Shown in pieces: positions 1 to 12,400 of a stretch of DNA of 64,000 nt (position 1 is its first letter; every line of letters starts with the position of its first letter). The position numbers and the translations under genes were made by a program. Origin of the DNA: Squalus acanthias (Eukaryota). The notes below the pieces were generated by a model, which was not told where the DNA came from, searched no databases, and saw nothing but the letters and a program-made list of their open reading frames with translations. Location of the stretch: positions 124,001 to 188,000 of the forward strand of contig JASTWF010000360.1 of NCBI GenBank assembly GCA_030390025.1, read 5' to 3'.

Positions 1-3000
1 AGCACTGAGAGAGGGACAGGCTCACAATGTACTGATTGGGCAGCACTGAGAGAGGGACAGGCTCACAATGTACTGATTGGGCAGCACTGAGAGAGGGACA
101 GACTCACAATGTACTGATTGGGAAGCACTGAGAGAGGGACAGGCTCACAGTGCACTGATTGGGCAGCACTGAGAGAGGGACAGACTCACAATGTACTGAT
201 TGACCAGCACTGAGAGAGGGACAGACTCACAATGTACTGATTGGGCAGCACTGAGAGAGGGACAGGCTCACAATGTATTGATTGACCAGCACTGAGAGAG
301 GGACAGACTCACAAAGTACTGATTGACCAGCACTGAGAGAGGGACAGGCTCACAATGTACTGATTGGGCAGCACTGAGAGAGGGACAGGCTCACAATGTA
401 CTGATTGGGCAGCACTGAGAGAGGGACAGGCTCACAATGTACTGATTGGGCAGCACTGAGAGAGGGACAGGCTCACAATGTACTGATGGGGCATCACTGA
501 GAGAGGGACAGGCTCACACTGTACTGATTGGGCAGCACTGAGAGAGGGACAGACTCACAATGTACTGATTGACCAGCACTGAGAGAGGGACAGGCTCACA
601 ATGTACTGATTGGGCATCACTGAGAGAGGGATAGGCTCACAATGTACTGATTGGGCAGCACTGAGAGAGGGACAGACTCACAATGTACTGATTGACCAGC
701 ACTGAGAGAGGGACAGACTCACAATGTACTGATTGGACAGCAATGAGAGAGGGACAGGCTCACAATGTACTGATTGGGCAGCACTGAGAGAGGGACAGAC
801 TCACAATGTACTGATTGGACAGCACTGAGAGAGGGACAGGCTCACAATGTACTGATTGGGCAGCACTGAGAGAGGGACAGACTCACAATGTACTGATTGG
901 GCAGCACTGAGAGAGGGACAGACTCACAATGTACTGATTGGGCATCACTGAGAGAGGGACAGACTCACAATGTACTGATTGACCAGCACTGAGAGAGGGA
1001 CAGGCTCACAATGTACTGATTGACCAGCACTGAGAGAGGGACAGGCTCACAATGTACTGATTGACCAGCACTGAGAGAGGGACAGACTCACAATGTACTG
1101 ATTGGACAGCACTGAGAGAGGGACAGGCTCACAATGTACTGATTGGGCAGCACTGAGAGAGGGACAGACTCACAATGTACTGATTGGGCAGCACTGAGAG
1201 GGGGACAGGCTCACAATGTACTGATTGGGTAGCACTGAGAGAGGGACAGGCTCACAATGTACTGATTGGGCAGCACTGAGAGAGGGACAGACTCACAATG
1301 TACTGATTGGGCATCACTGAGAGAGGGACAGGTTCACAATGTACTGATTGGGTATCACTGAGAGAGGGACAGACTCACAATGCACTGATTGGGCAGCACT
1401 GAGAGAGGGACAGGCTCACAATGTACTGATTGGGCAGCACTGAGAGAGGGACAGGCTCACAATGTACTGATTGGGAAGCACTGAGAGAGGGACAGGCTAA
1501 CAGTGCACTGATTGGGCAGCACTGAGTGAGGGACAGACTCAGAATGTACTGATTGGGCAGCACTGAGAGAGGGACAGGCTCACAATGTACTGATTGGGCA
1601 GCACTGAGAGAGGGACAGGCTAACAGTGCACTGATTGGGCAGCACTGAGAGAGGGACAGGCTCACAATGTACTGATTGGGCAGCACTGAGAGAGGGACAG
1701 GCTCACAATGTACTGATTGGGCAGCACTGAGAGAGGGACAGGCTCACAATGTACTGATTGGGCAGCACTGAGAGAGGGACAGGCTCACAATGTACTGATT
1801 GGGCAGCACTGAGAGAGGGACAGACTCACAATGTACTGATTGGGCAGCACTGAGAGAGGGACAGGCTCACAATGTACTGATTGGGCAGCACTGAGAGAGG
1901 GACAGGCTCACAATGTACTGATTGGGCAGCACTGAGAGAGGGACAGGCTCACAATGTACTGATTGACCAGCACTGAGAGAGGGACAGACTCACAATGTAC
2001 TGATTGGGCAGCACTGAGAGAGGGACAGGCTCACAATGTACTGATTGACCAGCACTGAGAGAGGGACAGACTCACAAAGTACTGATTGACCAGCACTGAG
2101 AGAGGGACAGGCTCACAATGTACTGATTGGGCAGCACTGAGAGAGGGACAGGCTCACAATGTACTGATTGGGCAGCACTGAGAGAGGGACAGGCTCACAA
2201 TGTACTGATGGGGCAGCACTGAGAGAGGGACAGGCTCACAATGTACTGATTGGGCAGCACTGAGAGAGGGACAGACTCACAATGTACTGATTGACCAGCA
2301 CTGAGAGAGGGACAGGCTCACAATGTACTGATTGGGCAGCACTGAGAGGGGACAGGCTCACAATGTACTGATTGGGCAGCACTGAGAGAGGGACAGACTC
2401 ACAATGTACTGATTGACCAGCACTGAGAGAGGGACAGGCTCACAATGTACTGATTGGGCAGCACTGAGAGAGGGACAGTCTCACAATGTACTGATTGGGC
2501 AGCACTGAGAGAGGGACAGACTCACAATGTACTGATTGGACAGCACTGAGAGAGGGACAGGCTCACAATGTACTGATTGACCAGCACTGAGAGAGGGACA
2601 GACTCACAATGTACTGATTGGGCAGCACTGAGAGAGGGACAGGCTCACAATGTACTGATTGGGCAGCACTGAGAGAGGGACAGACTCACAATGTACTGAT
2701 TGGGCAGCACTGAGAGAGGGACAGACTCACAATGTACTGATTGGGCAGCACTGAGAGAGGGACAGACTCACAATGTACTGATTGGGCAGCACTGAGAGAG
2801 GGACAGACTCACAATGTACTGATTGGGCAGCACTGAGAGGGGACAGGCTCACAATGTACTGATTGGGTAGCACTGAGAGAGGGACAGGCTCACAATGTAC
2901 TGATTGGGCAGCACTGAGAGAGGGACAGACTCACAATGTACTGATTGGGCAGCACTGAGAGAGGGACAGACTCACAATGTACTGATTGGGCAGCACTGAG

Positions 3001-6000
3001 AGGGGGACAGGCTCACAATGTACTGATTGGGCAGCACTGAGAGAGGGACAGACTCACAATGTACTGATTGGGCAGCACTGAGAGAGGGACAGACTCACAA
3101 TGTACTGATTGGGCAGCACTGAGAGAGGGACAGACTCACAATGTACTGATTGGGCAGCACTGAGAGGGGACAGGCTCACAATGTACTGATTGGGTAGCAC
3201 TGAGAGAGGGACAGGCTCACAATGTACTGATTGGGCAGCACTGAGAGAGGGACAGACTCACAATGTACTGATTGGGCAGCACAGAGAGGGACAGACTCAC
3301 AATGTACTGATTGGGCATCACTGAGAGAGGGGCAGACTCACAATGTACTGATTGGGCAGCACAGAGCGGGACAGACTCACAATGTACTGATTGGGCAGCA
3401 GTGAGAGAGGGACAGGCTCACAATGTACTGATTGGGCAGCACTGAGAGTGGGACAGACTCACAATGTACTGATTGGGCACCACTGAGAGGGGGACAGGCT
3501 CACAATGTACTGATTGGGCAGCACTGAGAGGGGGACAGGCTCACAATGTACTGATTGGGCAGCACTGAGAGAGGGACAGGCTCACAATGTACTGATTGGG
3601 CAGCACTGAGAGAGGGTCGGACTCACAATGTACTGATTGGGCAGAACTGACAGAGGGACAGGCTCACAATGTACTGATTGGGCAGCACTGAGAGAGGGAC
3701 AGGCTCACAATGTACTGATTGGGCAGCACTGAGAGAGGGACAGGCTCACAATGTACTGATTGGGCAGCATTGAGAGAGGGACAGGCTCACAATGTACTGA
3801 TTGATCAGCACCGAGAGAGGGTCAGGCTCACAATGTACTGATTGGGCAGCACTGAGAGAGGGACAGGCTCACAATGTACTGATTGACCAGCACCGAGAGA
3901 GGGACAGGCTCACAATGTACTGATTGATCAGCACCGAGAGAGGGTCAGGCTCACAATGTACTGATTGGGCAGCACTGAGAGAGGGACAGGCTCACAATGT
4001 ACTGATTGGGCAGCACTGAGAGAGGGTCAGGCTCACAATGTACTGATTGGGCAGCACTGAGAGAGGGACAGACTCACAATGTACTGATTGGGCAGCACTG
4101 AGAGAGGGACAGGCTCACAATGTGCTGATTGGGCAGCACTGAGAGAGGGTCAACCTCACAATGTACTGATTGGGCAGCACTGAGAGAGGGACAGACTCAC
4201 AATGTACTGATTGGGCAGCACTGAGAGAGGAACAGGCTCACAATGTATTGACTGACCAGCACTGAGAGAGGGACAGGCTCACAATGTACTGATTGGGCAG
4301 CACTGAGAGAGAGACAGGCTCACAATGTACTGATTGGGCAGCACTGAGAGAGGGACAGACTCACAATGTACTGATTGGGAAGCACTGAGAGAGGGACAGG
4401 CTCACAATGTACTGATTGACCAGCACTGAGAGAGGGACAGACTCACAAACTACTGATTGACCAGCACTGAGAGAGGGACAGGCTCACAATGTACTGATTG
4501 GGATGCACTGAGAGAGGGACAGGCTCACAATGTACTGATTGGGCATCACTGAGAGAGGGACAGACTCACAATGTACTGATTGGGAGCACTGAGAGAGGGA
4601 CAGGCTCACAATGTACTGATTGGGAAGCACTGAGAGAGGGACAGGCTCACAATGTACTGATTGGGCAGCACTGAGAGAGCGACAGGCTCACAATGTACTG
4701 ATTGGGCAGCACTGAGAGAGGGACAGAAACACAATGTACTGATTGACCATCACTGAGAGAGGGACAGGCTCACAATGTGCTGATTGGGCAGCACTGAGAG
4801 AGGGACAGGCTCACAATGTACTGATTGGGCAGCACTGAGAGAGGGACAGGCTCACAATGTACTGATTGGGCATCACTGAGAGAGGGACAGGCTCACAATG
4901 TACTGATTGGGCAGCACTGAGAGTGGGACAGACTCACAATGTACTGATTGGGAAGCACTGAGAGAGGGACAGGCTAACAGTGCACTGATTGGGCAGCACT
5001 GAGTGAGGGACAGACTCAGAATGTACTGATTGGGCAGCACTGAGAGAGGGACAGGCTCACAATGTACTGATTGGGCAGCACTGAGAGAGGGACAGGCTAA
5101 CAGTGCACTGATTGGGCAGCACTGAGAGAGGGACAGGCTCACAATGTACTGATTGGGCAGCACTGAGAGAGGGACAGGCTCACAATGTACTGATTGGGCA
5201 GCACTGAGAGAGGGACAGGCTCACAATGTACTGATTGGGCAGCACTGAGAGAGGGACAGGCTCACAATGTACTGATTGGGCAGCACTGAGAGAGGGACAG
5301 ACTCAGAATGTACTGATTGGGCAGCACTGAGAGAGGGACAGGCTCACAATGTACTGATTGGGCAGCACTGAGAGAGGGACAGGCTCACAATGTACTGATT
5401 GGGCAGCACTGAGAGAGGGACAGGCTCACAATGTACTGATTGACCAGCACTGAGAGAGGGACAGACTCACAATGTACTGATTGGGATGCACTGAGAGAGG
5501 GACAGGCTCACAATGTACTGATTGACCAGCACTGAGAGAGGGACAGACTCACAAAGTACTGATTGACCAGCACTGAGAGAGGGACAGGCTCACAATGTAC
5601 TGATTGGGCAGCACTGAGAGAGGGACAGGCTCACAATGTACTGATTGGGCAGCACTGAGAGAGGGACAGGCTCACAATGTACTGATGGGGCATCATTGAG
5701 AGAGGGACAGGCTCACAATGTACTGATTGGGCAGCACTGAGAGAGGGACAGACTCACAATGTACTGATTGACCAGCACTGAGAGAGGGACAGGCTCACAA
5801 TGTACTGATTGGGCATCACTGAGAGGGGGACAGGCTCACAATGTACTGATTGGGCAGCACTGAGAGAGGGACGGACTCACAATGTACTGATTGACCAGCA
5901 CTGAGAGAGGGACAGGCTCACAATGCACTGATTGGGCATCACTGAGAGAGGGACAGTCTCACAATGTGCTGATTGGGTATCACTGAGAGAGGGACAGACT

Positions 6001-6788
6001 CACAATGTACTGATTGGACAGCAATGAGAGAGGGACAGGCTCACAATGTCCTGATTGACCAGCACTGAGAGAGGGACAGACTCACAATGTACTGATTGGG
6101 CATCACTGAGAGAGGGACAGGCTCACAATGTACTGATTGGGCATCACTGAGAGAGGGACAGACTCACAATGTACTGATTGGGCATCACTGAGAGAGGGAC
6201 AGACTCACAATGTACTGATTGGGCAGCACTGAGAGAGGGACAGACTCACAATGTACTGATTGGGCAGCACTGAGAGGGGGACAGGCTCACAATGTACTGA
6301 TTGGGTAGCACTGAGAGAGGGACAGGCTCACAATGTACTGATTGGGCAGCACTGAGAGAGGGACAGACTCACAATGTACTGATTGGGCAGCACAGAGAGG
6401 GACAGACTCACAATGTACTGATTGGGCATCACTGAGAGAGGGACAGACTCACAATGTACTGATTGGGCAGCACAGAGCGGGACAGACTCACAATGTACTG
6501 ATTGGGCAGCAGTGAGAGAGGGACAGGCTCACAATGTACTGATTGGGCAGCACTGAGAGTGGGACAGACTCACAATGTACTGATTGGGCACCACTGAGAG
6601 GGGGACAGGCTCACAATGTACTGATTGGGCAGCACTGAGAGGGGGACAGGCTCACAATGTACTGATTGGGCAGCACTGAGAGAGGGACAGGCTCACAATG
6701 TACTGATTGGGCAGCACTGAGAGAGGGTCGGACTCACAATGTACTGATTGGGCAGAACTGACAGAGGGACAGGCTCACAATGTACTGA
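1..6788. repeat. 41-bp tandem satellite array (segment 1), consensus AGCACTGAGAGAGGGACAGGCTCACAATGTACTGATTGGGC
   Basis: Uninterrupted head-to-tail 41-bp monomers with recurrent variants (CAGG/CAGA, GGGC/GACC, GCAG/GCAT); runs off the left edge of the window. Confidence 0.98.
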
Positions 6789-9113
6789 CAACTTTTCTTC
6801 TTCCTTTCCGATGTCAAGGATCGCAAGCTTCAACAACTCTTGGACACTAAAGCCCCTCCGGAACCTTCTTCCCCTTCACTTTCCTCTGACCCCCCTTCTC
6901 CCAATCTCACCCCCTGCCGCGTTTTCACTATCCCCTCTGACCTTCCCCTCTCTGACTCCGAACGATCAGTCCTCAGCAAAGGCCTGAGCTTCATCCCCTT
7001 ACGCCCCCATCTCAATGAATTTCGAGCTCGGCACGATGCTGAGCTCTTTTTCCGCCGCCTCCGTCTCCGTGCCCACTTCTCTGGCCAGGAGTCTTCCCCC
7101 CGCACGGCTGACCCTTTCTCCCGCTTTCAGAATTCTCGTTCCACCTGGACCCCTCCCTCTGGCCTCTTACCCTCTCTTGATCTTTTCATTGCTAACTGCC
7201 GCCGTGACATCGGCCAGCTCAATTTCTCTGCTCCCCTCACTCACTCCAACCTACCTCCCTCTGAACTTGCAGCACTCCATTCTCTCCGATCCAACCCTGA
7301 CATTGTCATTAAACCTGCTGACAAGGGTGGCGCTGTTGTTGTTTGGCGAACCGACCTCTACCTAGCGGAAGTTGAACGCCAACTCTCTGACACCTCCTCC
7401 TACCTCCACCTGGACCATGACCCCACTACCGAACATCAAGCCACCGTGTCCAAGACTGTCACTGACCTCATCTCCTCTGGAGATCTTCCCCCCACGGCCG
7501 CCAACCTCATAGTTCCCCAACCCCGCACAGCCCGCTTCTACCTCCTTCCCAAGATCCACAAACAGGACTGCCCCGGTAGACCCATCGTTTCAGCCTGTTC
7601 TTGCCCCACGGAACTTATCTCTTCCTATCTCGACTCTATTTTTTCTCCCCTTGTCCAGTCTCTTCCCACCTACATCCGCGACTCTTCCGATGCCCTCCGC
7701 CATTTTAACAGTTTCCAGTTTCCCGGCCCCAACCGTCTCCTCTTCACTATGGACGTACAATCCCTCTACACCTCCATTCCCCACCAGGATGGCCTGAGGG
7801 CGCTCCGCTTCTTCCTTGAACAGAGGCCCAACCAGTCCCCATCCACCACCACCCTCCTCCGCCTGGCTGAACTTGTTCTCACATTGAACAACTTCTCCTT
7901 TGACTCTACCCATTTCCTCCAAATTAAAGGTGTTGCTATGGGTACCCGCATGGGTCCTAGCTATGCCTGCCTTTTCGTGGGATATGTGGAACACTCTTTG
8001 TTCCAGTCCTACTCGGGTCCCCTCCCTCACCTCTTTTTCCGGTACATTGATGACTGTATCGGTGCCGTCTCCTGCTCTCACCCTGAACTAGAACATTTCA
8101 TTCACTATGCTTCCAATTTCCACCCTTCCCTCACCTTCACATGGTCCATCTCCGACTCTTCTCTTCCCTTCCTCGACTTCTCCATCTCCATCTCTGGGGA
8201 TAGGTTATTGACTAACATTCACTACAAGCCCACCGACTCCCACAGCTACCTGGACTACACTTCCTCCCACCCCGCCTCCTGTAAGGACTCTATTCCATTC
8301 TCCCAGTTTCTCCGTCTCCGCCGCATCTGCTCTGATGATGCCACCTTCCATACCAGTGCTTCCGACATGTCTTCCTTTTTCCTCAACCGAGGATTCCCCT
8401 CTACCGTGGTCGACACGGCCCTCGACCGTGTCCGTTCTATCTCCCGCACATCCGCCCTCACCCCTGCCCCTCCCTCCCGGAACCACGATAGGGTTCCCCT
8501 TGTCCTCACCTTTCACCCCACCAGCCTCCACATTCAACGGATCATCCTCCGCCATTTCCGCCACCTCCAGCGTGATCCCACCACCAAACACATCTTCCCC
8601 TCACCTCCCCTTTCAGCATTCCGCAGGGACCGCTCCCTCCGCGACACCCTAGTCCACTCCTCTACCACCCCCAGCACCCCTTCCCCTTCGCCCGGCACCT
8701 TCCCGTGCACGCGCAGGAGATGCAACACATGCCCTTATACCTCCCCTCTTCCCACTGTCCAGGGCCCCAAACACCCCTTCCAGGTGAAACAGCGATTTAC
8801 TTGTACTTCCTGCAATTTAGTATACTGTATTCGCTGCTCACGATGTGGACTCCTCTACATTGGGGAGACCAAACGCAGATTGGGTGACCGCTTTGCGGAA
8901 CACCTCCGTTCAGTCCGTAAGGGGGACCCCGAGCTCCCGGTGGCCTGTCACTTTAATTCACCGCTTCACTCCCACTCTGACCTCACCGTCCTCGGCCTAA
9001 TACACTGTTCCACGGAAGCTCAGCGTAAGCTCGAGGAACAGCACCTCATCTTTCGTTTAGGCACGCTACAGCCCTCTGGACTCAATATCGAGTTCAACAA
9101 TTTTAGATCATAA
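6789..9113 (+). CDS. PLE reverse transcriptase / GIY-YIG endonuclease polyprotein (N-terminally truncated, no ATG start)
   Basis: Frame is open from the insertion junction (QLFFFLSDVKDRKLQQLLDTK...). PLE motifs: VLSKGLSFIP, IKPADKGGAVVV, LPKIHK..PGRPIVS, MDVQSLYTSIP, GVAMGTRMGP, RYIDD, FLD, YKPT; Cys linker CTRRRCNTC; endonuclease VYCIRCSRCGLLYIGET...RFAEH...HF...E...GLN. Confidence 0.92.
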   Translation, partial: QLFFFLSDVKDRKLQQLLDTKAPPEPSSPSLSSDPPSPNLTPCRVFTIPSDLPLSDSERSVLSKGLSFIPLRPHLNEFRARHDAELFFRRLRLRAHFSGQESSPRTADPFSRFQNSRSTWTPPSGLLPSLDLFIANCRRDIGQLNFSAPLTHSNLPPSELAALHSLRSNPDIVIKPADKGGAVVVWRTDLYLAEVERQLSDTSSYLHLDHDPTTEHQATVSKTVTDLISSGDLPPTAANLIVPQPRTARFYLLPKIHKQDCPGRPIVSACSCPTELISSYLDSIFSPLVQSLPTYIRDSSDALRHFNSFQFPGPNRLLFTMDVQSLYTSIPHQDGLRALRFFLEQRPNQSPSTTTLLRLAELVLTLNNFSFDSTHFLQIKGVAMGTRMGPSYACLFVGYVEHSLFQSYSGPLPHLFFRYIDDCIGAVSCSHPELEHFIHYASNFHPSLTFTWSISDSSLPFLDFSISISGDRLLTNIHYKPTDSHSYLDYTSSHPASCKDSIPFSQFLRLRRICSDDATFHTSASDMSSFFLNRGFPSTVVDTALDRVRSISRTSALTPAPPSRNHDRVPLVLTFHPTSLHIQRIILRHFRHLQRDPTTKHIFPSPPLSAFRRDRSLRDTLVHSSTTPSTPSPSPGTFPCTRRRCNTCPYTSPLPTVQGPKHPFQVKQRFTCTSCNLVYCIRCSRCGLLYIGETKRRLGDRFAEHLRSVRKGDPELPVACHFNSPLHSHSDLTVLGLIHCSTEAQRKLEEQHLIFRLGTLQPSGLNIEFNNFRS

Positions 9114-9391
9114 CCTCAGCTCCAATCACATTTATATTTTATTTTATCCACCCTTTTATTTGTCCCCCCCACCCTTTTTTTTTCCTCCTAGAAGCTGGCA
9201 GCTGTCCTTCATTCTGCCAGTAGATTTCACACTTCATTCAGCCTTAATCTGTCACATTAACACCACCTCTAGCCTTGCATATCTCTTAATGTCTCTTAAT
9301 GTCTCTTCATCTCCTCCTTTGTTCCTTTATCCCCTCCCCCTTTTCCCAGCTTTACCCTGGCCTTAAATCTATTTGATTTCCAGCTCTTCCC

Positions 9392-9428
9392 AGTTCTGAT
9401 GAAAGGTCATCGACCTGAAACGTCAACT
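9392..9428 (+). ncRNA. Minimal type I hammerhead ribozyme motif in PLE 3' region
   Basis: AGTT-CTGATGA-A-AGGTC(ATC)GACCT-GAAAC-GTC-AACT: core boxes CUGAUGA and GAAAC, 5-bp stem II, GUC triplet, 4-bp stem I (AGTT/AACT). PLEs are known to carry such motifs. Confidence 0.8.
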
Positions 9429-9492
9429 CTCTTTCTCTCTCCACGGATGCTGCCTGGCCTGCTGAGTTTTTCCAGCGTTTTCTGTTGTTATT

Positions 9493-12400
9493 TCACAATG
9501 TACTGATTGGGCGGCACTGAGAGAGGGACAGGCTCACAATGTACTGATTGGGCAGCACTGAGAGAGGGACAGGCTCACAATGTACTGATTGGGCAGCACT
9601 GAGAGAGGGACAGGCTCACAATGTACTGATTGATCAGCACCGAGAGAGGGTCAGGCTCACAATGTACTGATTGGGCAGCACTGAGAGAGGGACAGGCTCA
9701 CAATGTACTGATTGACCAGCACCGAGAGAGGGACAGGCTCACAATGTACTGATTGATCAGCACCGAGAGAGGGTCAGGCTCACAATGTACTGATTGGGCA
9801 GCACTGAGAGAGGGACAGGCTCACAATGTACTGATTGGGCAGCACTGAGAGAGGGTCAGGCTCACAATGTACTGATTGGGCAGCACTGAGAGAGGGACAG
9901 ACTCACAATGTACTGATTGGGCAGCACTGAGAGAGGGACAGGCTCACAATGTGCTGATTGGGCAGCACTGAGAGAGGGTCAACCTCACAATGTACTGATT
10001 GGGCAGCACTGAGAGAGGGACAGACTCACAATGTACTGATTGGGCAGCACTGAGAGAGGAACAGGCTCACAATGTATTGACTGACCAGCACTGAGAGAGG
10101 GACAGGCTCACAATGTACTGATTGGGCAGCACTGAGAGAGAGACAGGCTCACAATGTACTGATTGGGCAGCACTGAGAGAGGGACAGACTCACAATGTAC
10201 TGATTGGGAAGCACTGAGAGAGGGACAGGCTCACAATGTACTGATTGACCAGCACTGAGAGAGGGACAGACTCACAAACTACTGATTGACCAGCACTGAG
10301 AGAGGGACAGGCTCACAATGTACTGATTGGGATGCACTGAGAGAGGGACAGGCTCACAATGTACTGATTGGGCATCACTGAGAGAGGGACAGACTCACAA
10401 TGTACTGATTGGGGAGCACTGAGAGAGGGACAGGCTCACAATGTACTGATTGGGAAGCACTGAGAGAGGGACAGGCTCACAATGTACTGATTGGGCAGCA
10501 CTGAGAGAGCGACAGGCTCACAATGTACTGATTGGGCAGCACTGAGAGAGGGACAGAAACACAATGTACTGATTGACCATCACTGAGAGAGGGACAGGCT
10601 CACAATGTGCTGATTGGGCAGCACTGAGAGAGGGACAGGCTCACAATGTACTGATTGGGCAGCACTGAGAGAGGGACAGGCTCACAATGTACTGATTGGG
10701 CATCACTGAGAGAGGGACAGGCTCACAATGTACTGATTGGGCAGCACTGAGAGTGGGACAGACTCACAATGTGCTGATTGGGTATCACTGAGAGAGGGAC
10801 AGACTTACAATGTACTGATTGGACAGCACTGAGAGAGGGACAGGCTCACAATGTACTGATTGACCAGCACTGACAGAGGGACAGACTCACAATGTACTGA
10901 TTGGGCATCACTGAGAGAGGGACAGACTCACAATGTACTGATTGGGCATCACTGAGAGAGGGACAGACTCACAATGTACTGATTGGGATGCACTGAGAGA
11001 GGGACAGGCTCACAATGTACTGATTGACCAGCACTGAGAGAGGGACAGACTCACAAAGTACTGATTGACCAGCACTGAGAGAGGGACAGGCTCACAATGT
11101 ACTGATTGGGCAGCACTGAGAGAGGGACAGGCTCACAATGTACTGATTGGGCAGCACTGAGAGAGGGACAGGCTCACAATGTACTGATGGGGCATCATTG
11201 AGAGAGGGACAGGCTCACAATGTACTGATTGGGCAGCACTGAGAGAGGGACAGACTCACAATGTACTGATTGACCAGCACTGAGAGAGGGACAGGCTCAC
11301 AATGTACTGATTGGGCATCACTGAGAGGGGGACAGGCTCACAATGTACTGATTGGGCAGCACTGAGAGAGGGACGGACTCACAATGTACTGATTGACCAG
11401 CACTGAGAGAGGGACAGGCTCACAATGTACTGATTGGGCATCACTGAGAGAGGGACAGTCTCACAATGTGCTGATTGGGTATCACTGAGAGAGGGACAGA
11501 CTCACAATGTACTGATTGGACAGCACTGAGAGAGGGACAGGCTCACAATGTCCTGATTGACCAGCACTGAGAGAGGGACAGACTCACAATGTACTGATTG
11601 GGCATCACTGAGAGAGGGACAGGCTCACAATGTACTGATTGGGCATCACTGAGAGAGGGACAGACTCACAATGTACTGATTGGGCATCACTGAGAGAGGG
11701 ACAGACTCACAATGTACTGATTGGGCAGCACTGAGAGAGGGACAGACTCACAATGTACTGATTGGGCAGCACTGAGAGGGGGACAGGCTCACAATGTACT
11801 GATTGGGTAGCACTGAGAGAGGGACAGGCTCACAATGTACTGATTGGGCAGCACTGAGAGAGGGACAGACTCACAATGTACTGATTGGGCAGCACAGAGA
11901 GGGACAGACTCACAATGTACTGATTGGGCATCACTGAGAGAGGGACAGACTCACAATGTACTGATTGGGCAGCACAGAGCGGGACAGACTCACAATGTAC
12001 TGATTGGGCAGCAGTGAGAGAGGGACAGGCTCACAATGTACTGATTGGGCAGCACTGAGAGTGGGACAGACTCACAATGTACTGATTGGGCACCACTGAG
12101 AGGGGGACAGGCTCACAATGTACTGATTGGGCAGCACTGAGAGGGGGACAGGCTCACAATGTACTGATTGGGCAGCACTGAGAGAGGGTCGGACTCACAA
12201 TGTACTGATTGGGCAGAACTGACAGAGGGACAGGCTCACAATGTACTGATTGGGCGGCACTGAGAGAGGGACAGGCTCACAATGTACTGATTGGGCAGCA
12301 CTGAGAGAGGGACAGGCTCACAATGTACTGATTGGGCAGCACTGAGAGAGGGACAGGCTCACAATGTACTGATTGATCAGCACCGAGAGAGGGTCAGGCT

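Larger units (their letters stand above)
6789..9492 (+). mobile_element. Penelope-like retroelement (Neptune-type), 5'-truncated, inserted in the satellite
   Basis: Single RT + GIY-YIG ORF and ~380-bp 3' tail with a hammerhead motif. Flanked by direct repeat TCACAATGTACTGA (6775-6788 and 9493-9506); the empty site is visible in sister satellite copies (e.g. ~12210-12270). Confidence 0.93.

Noticed and set aside
6830..8887. Overlapping and antisense ORFs inside the PLE
   Set aside because: Expected shadows of a strongly C-rich coding strand; no independent domain signatures.
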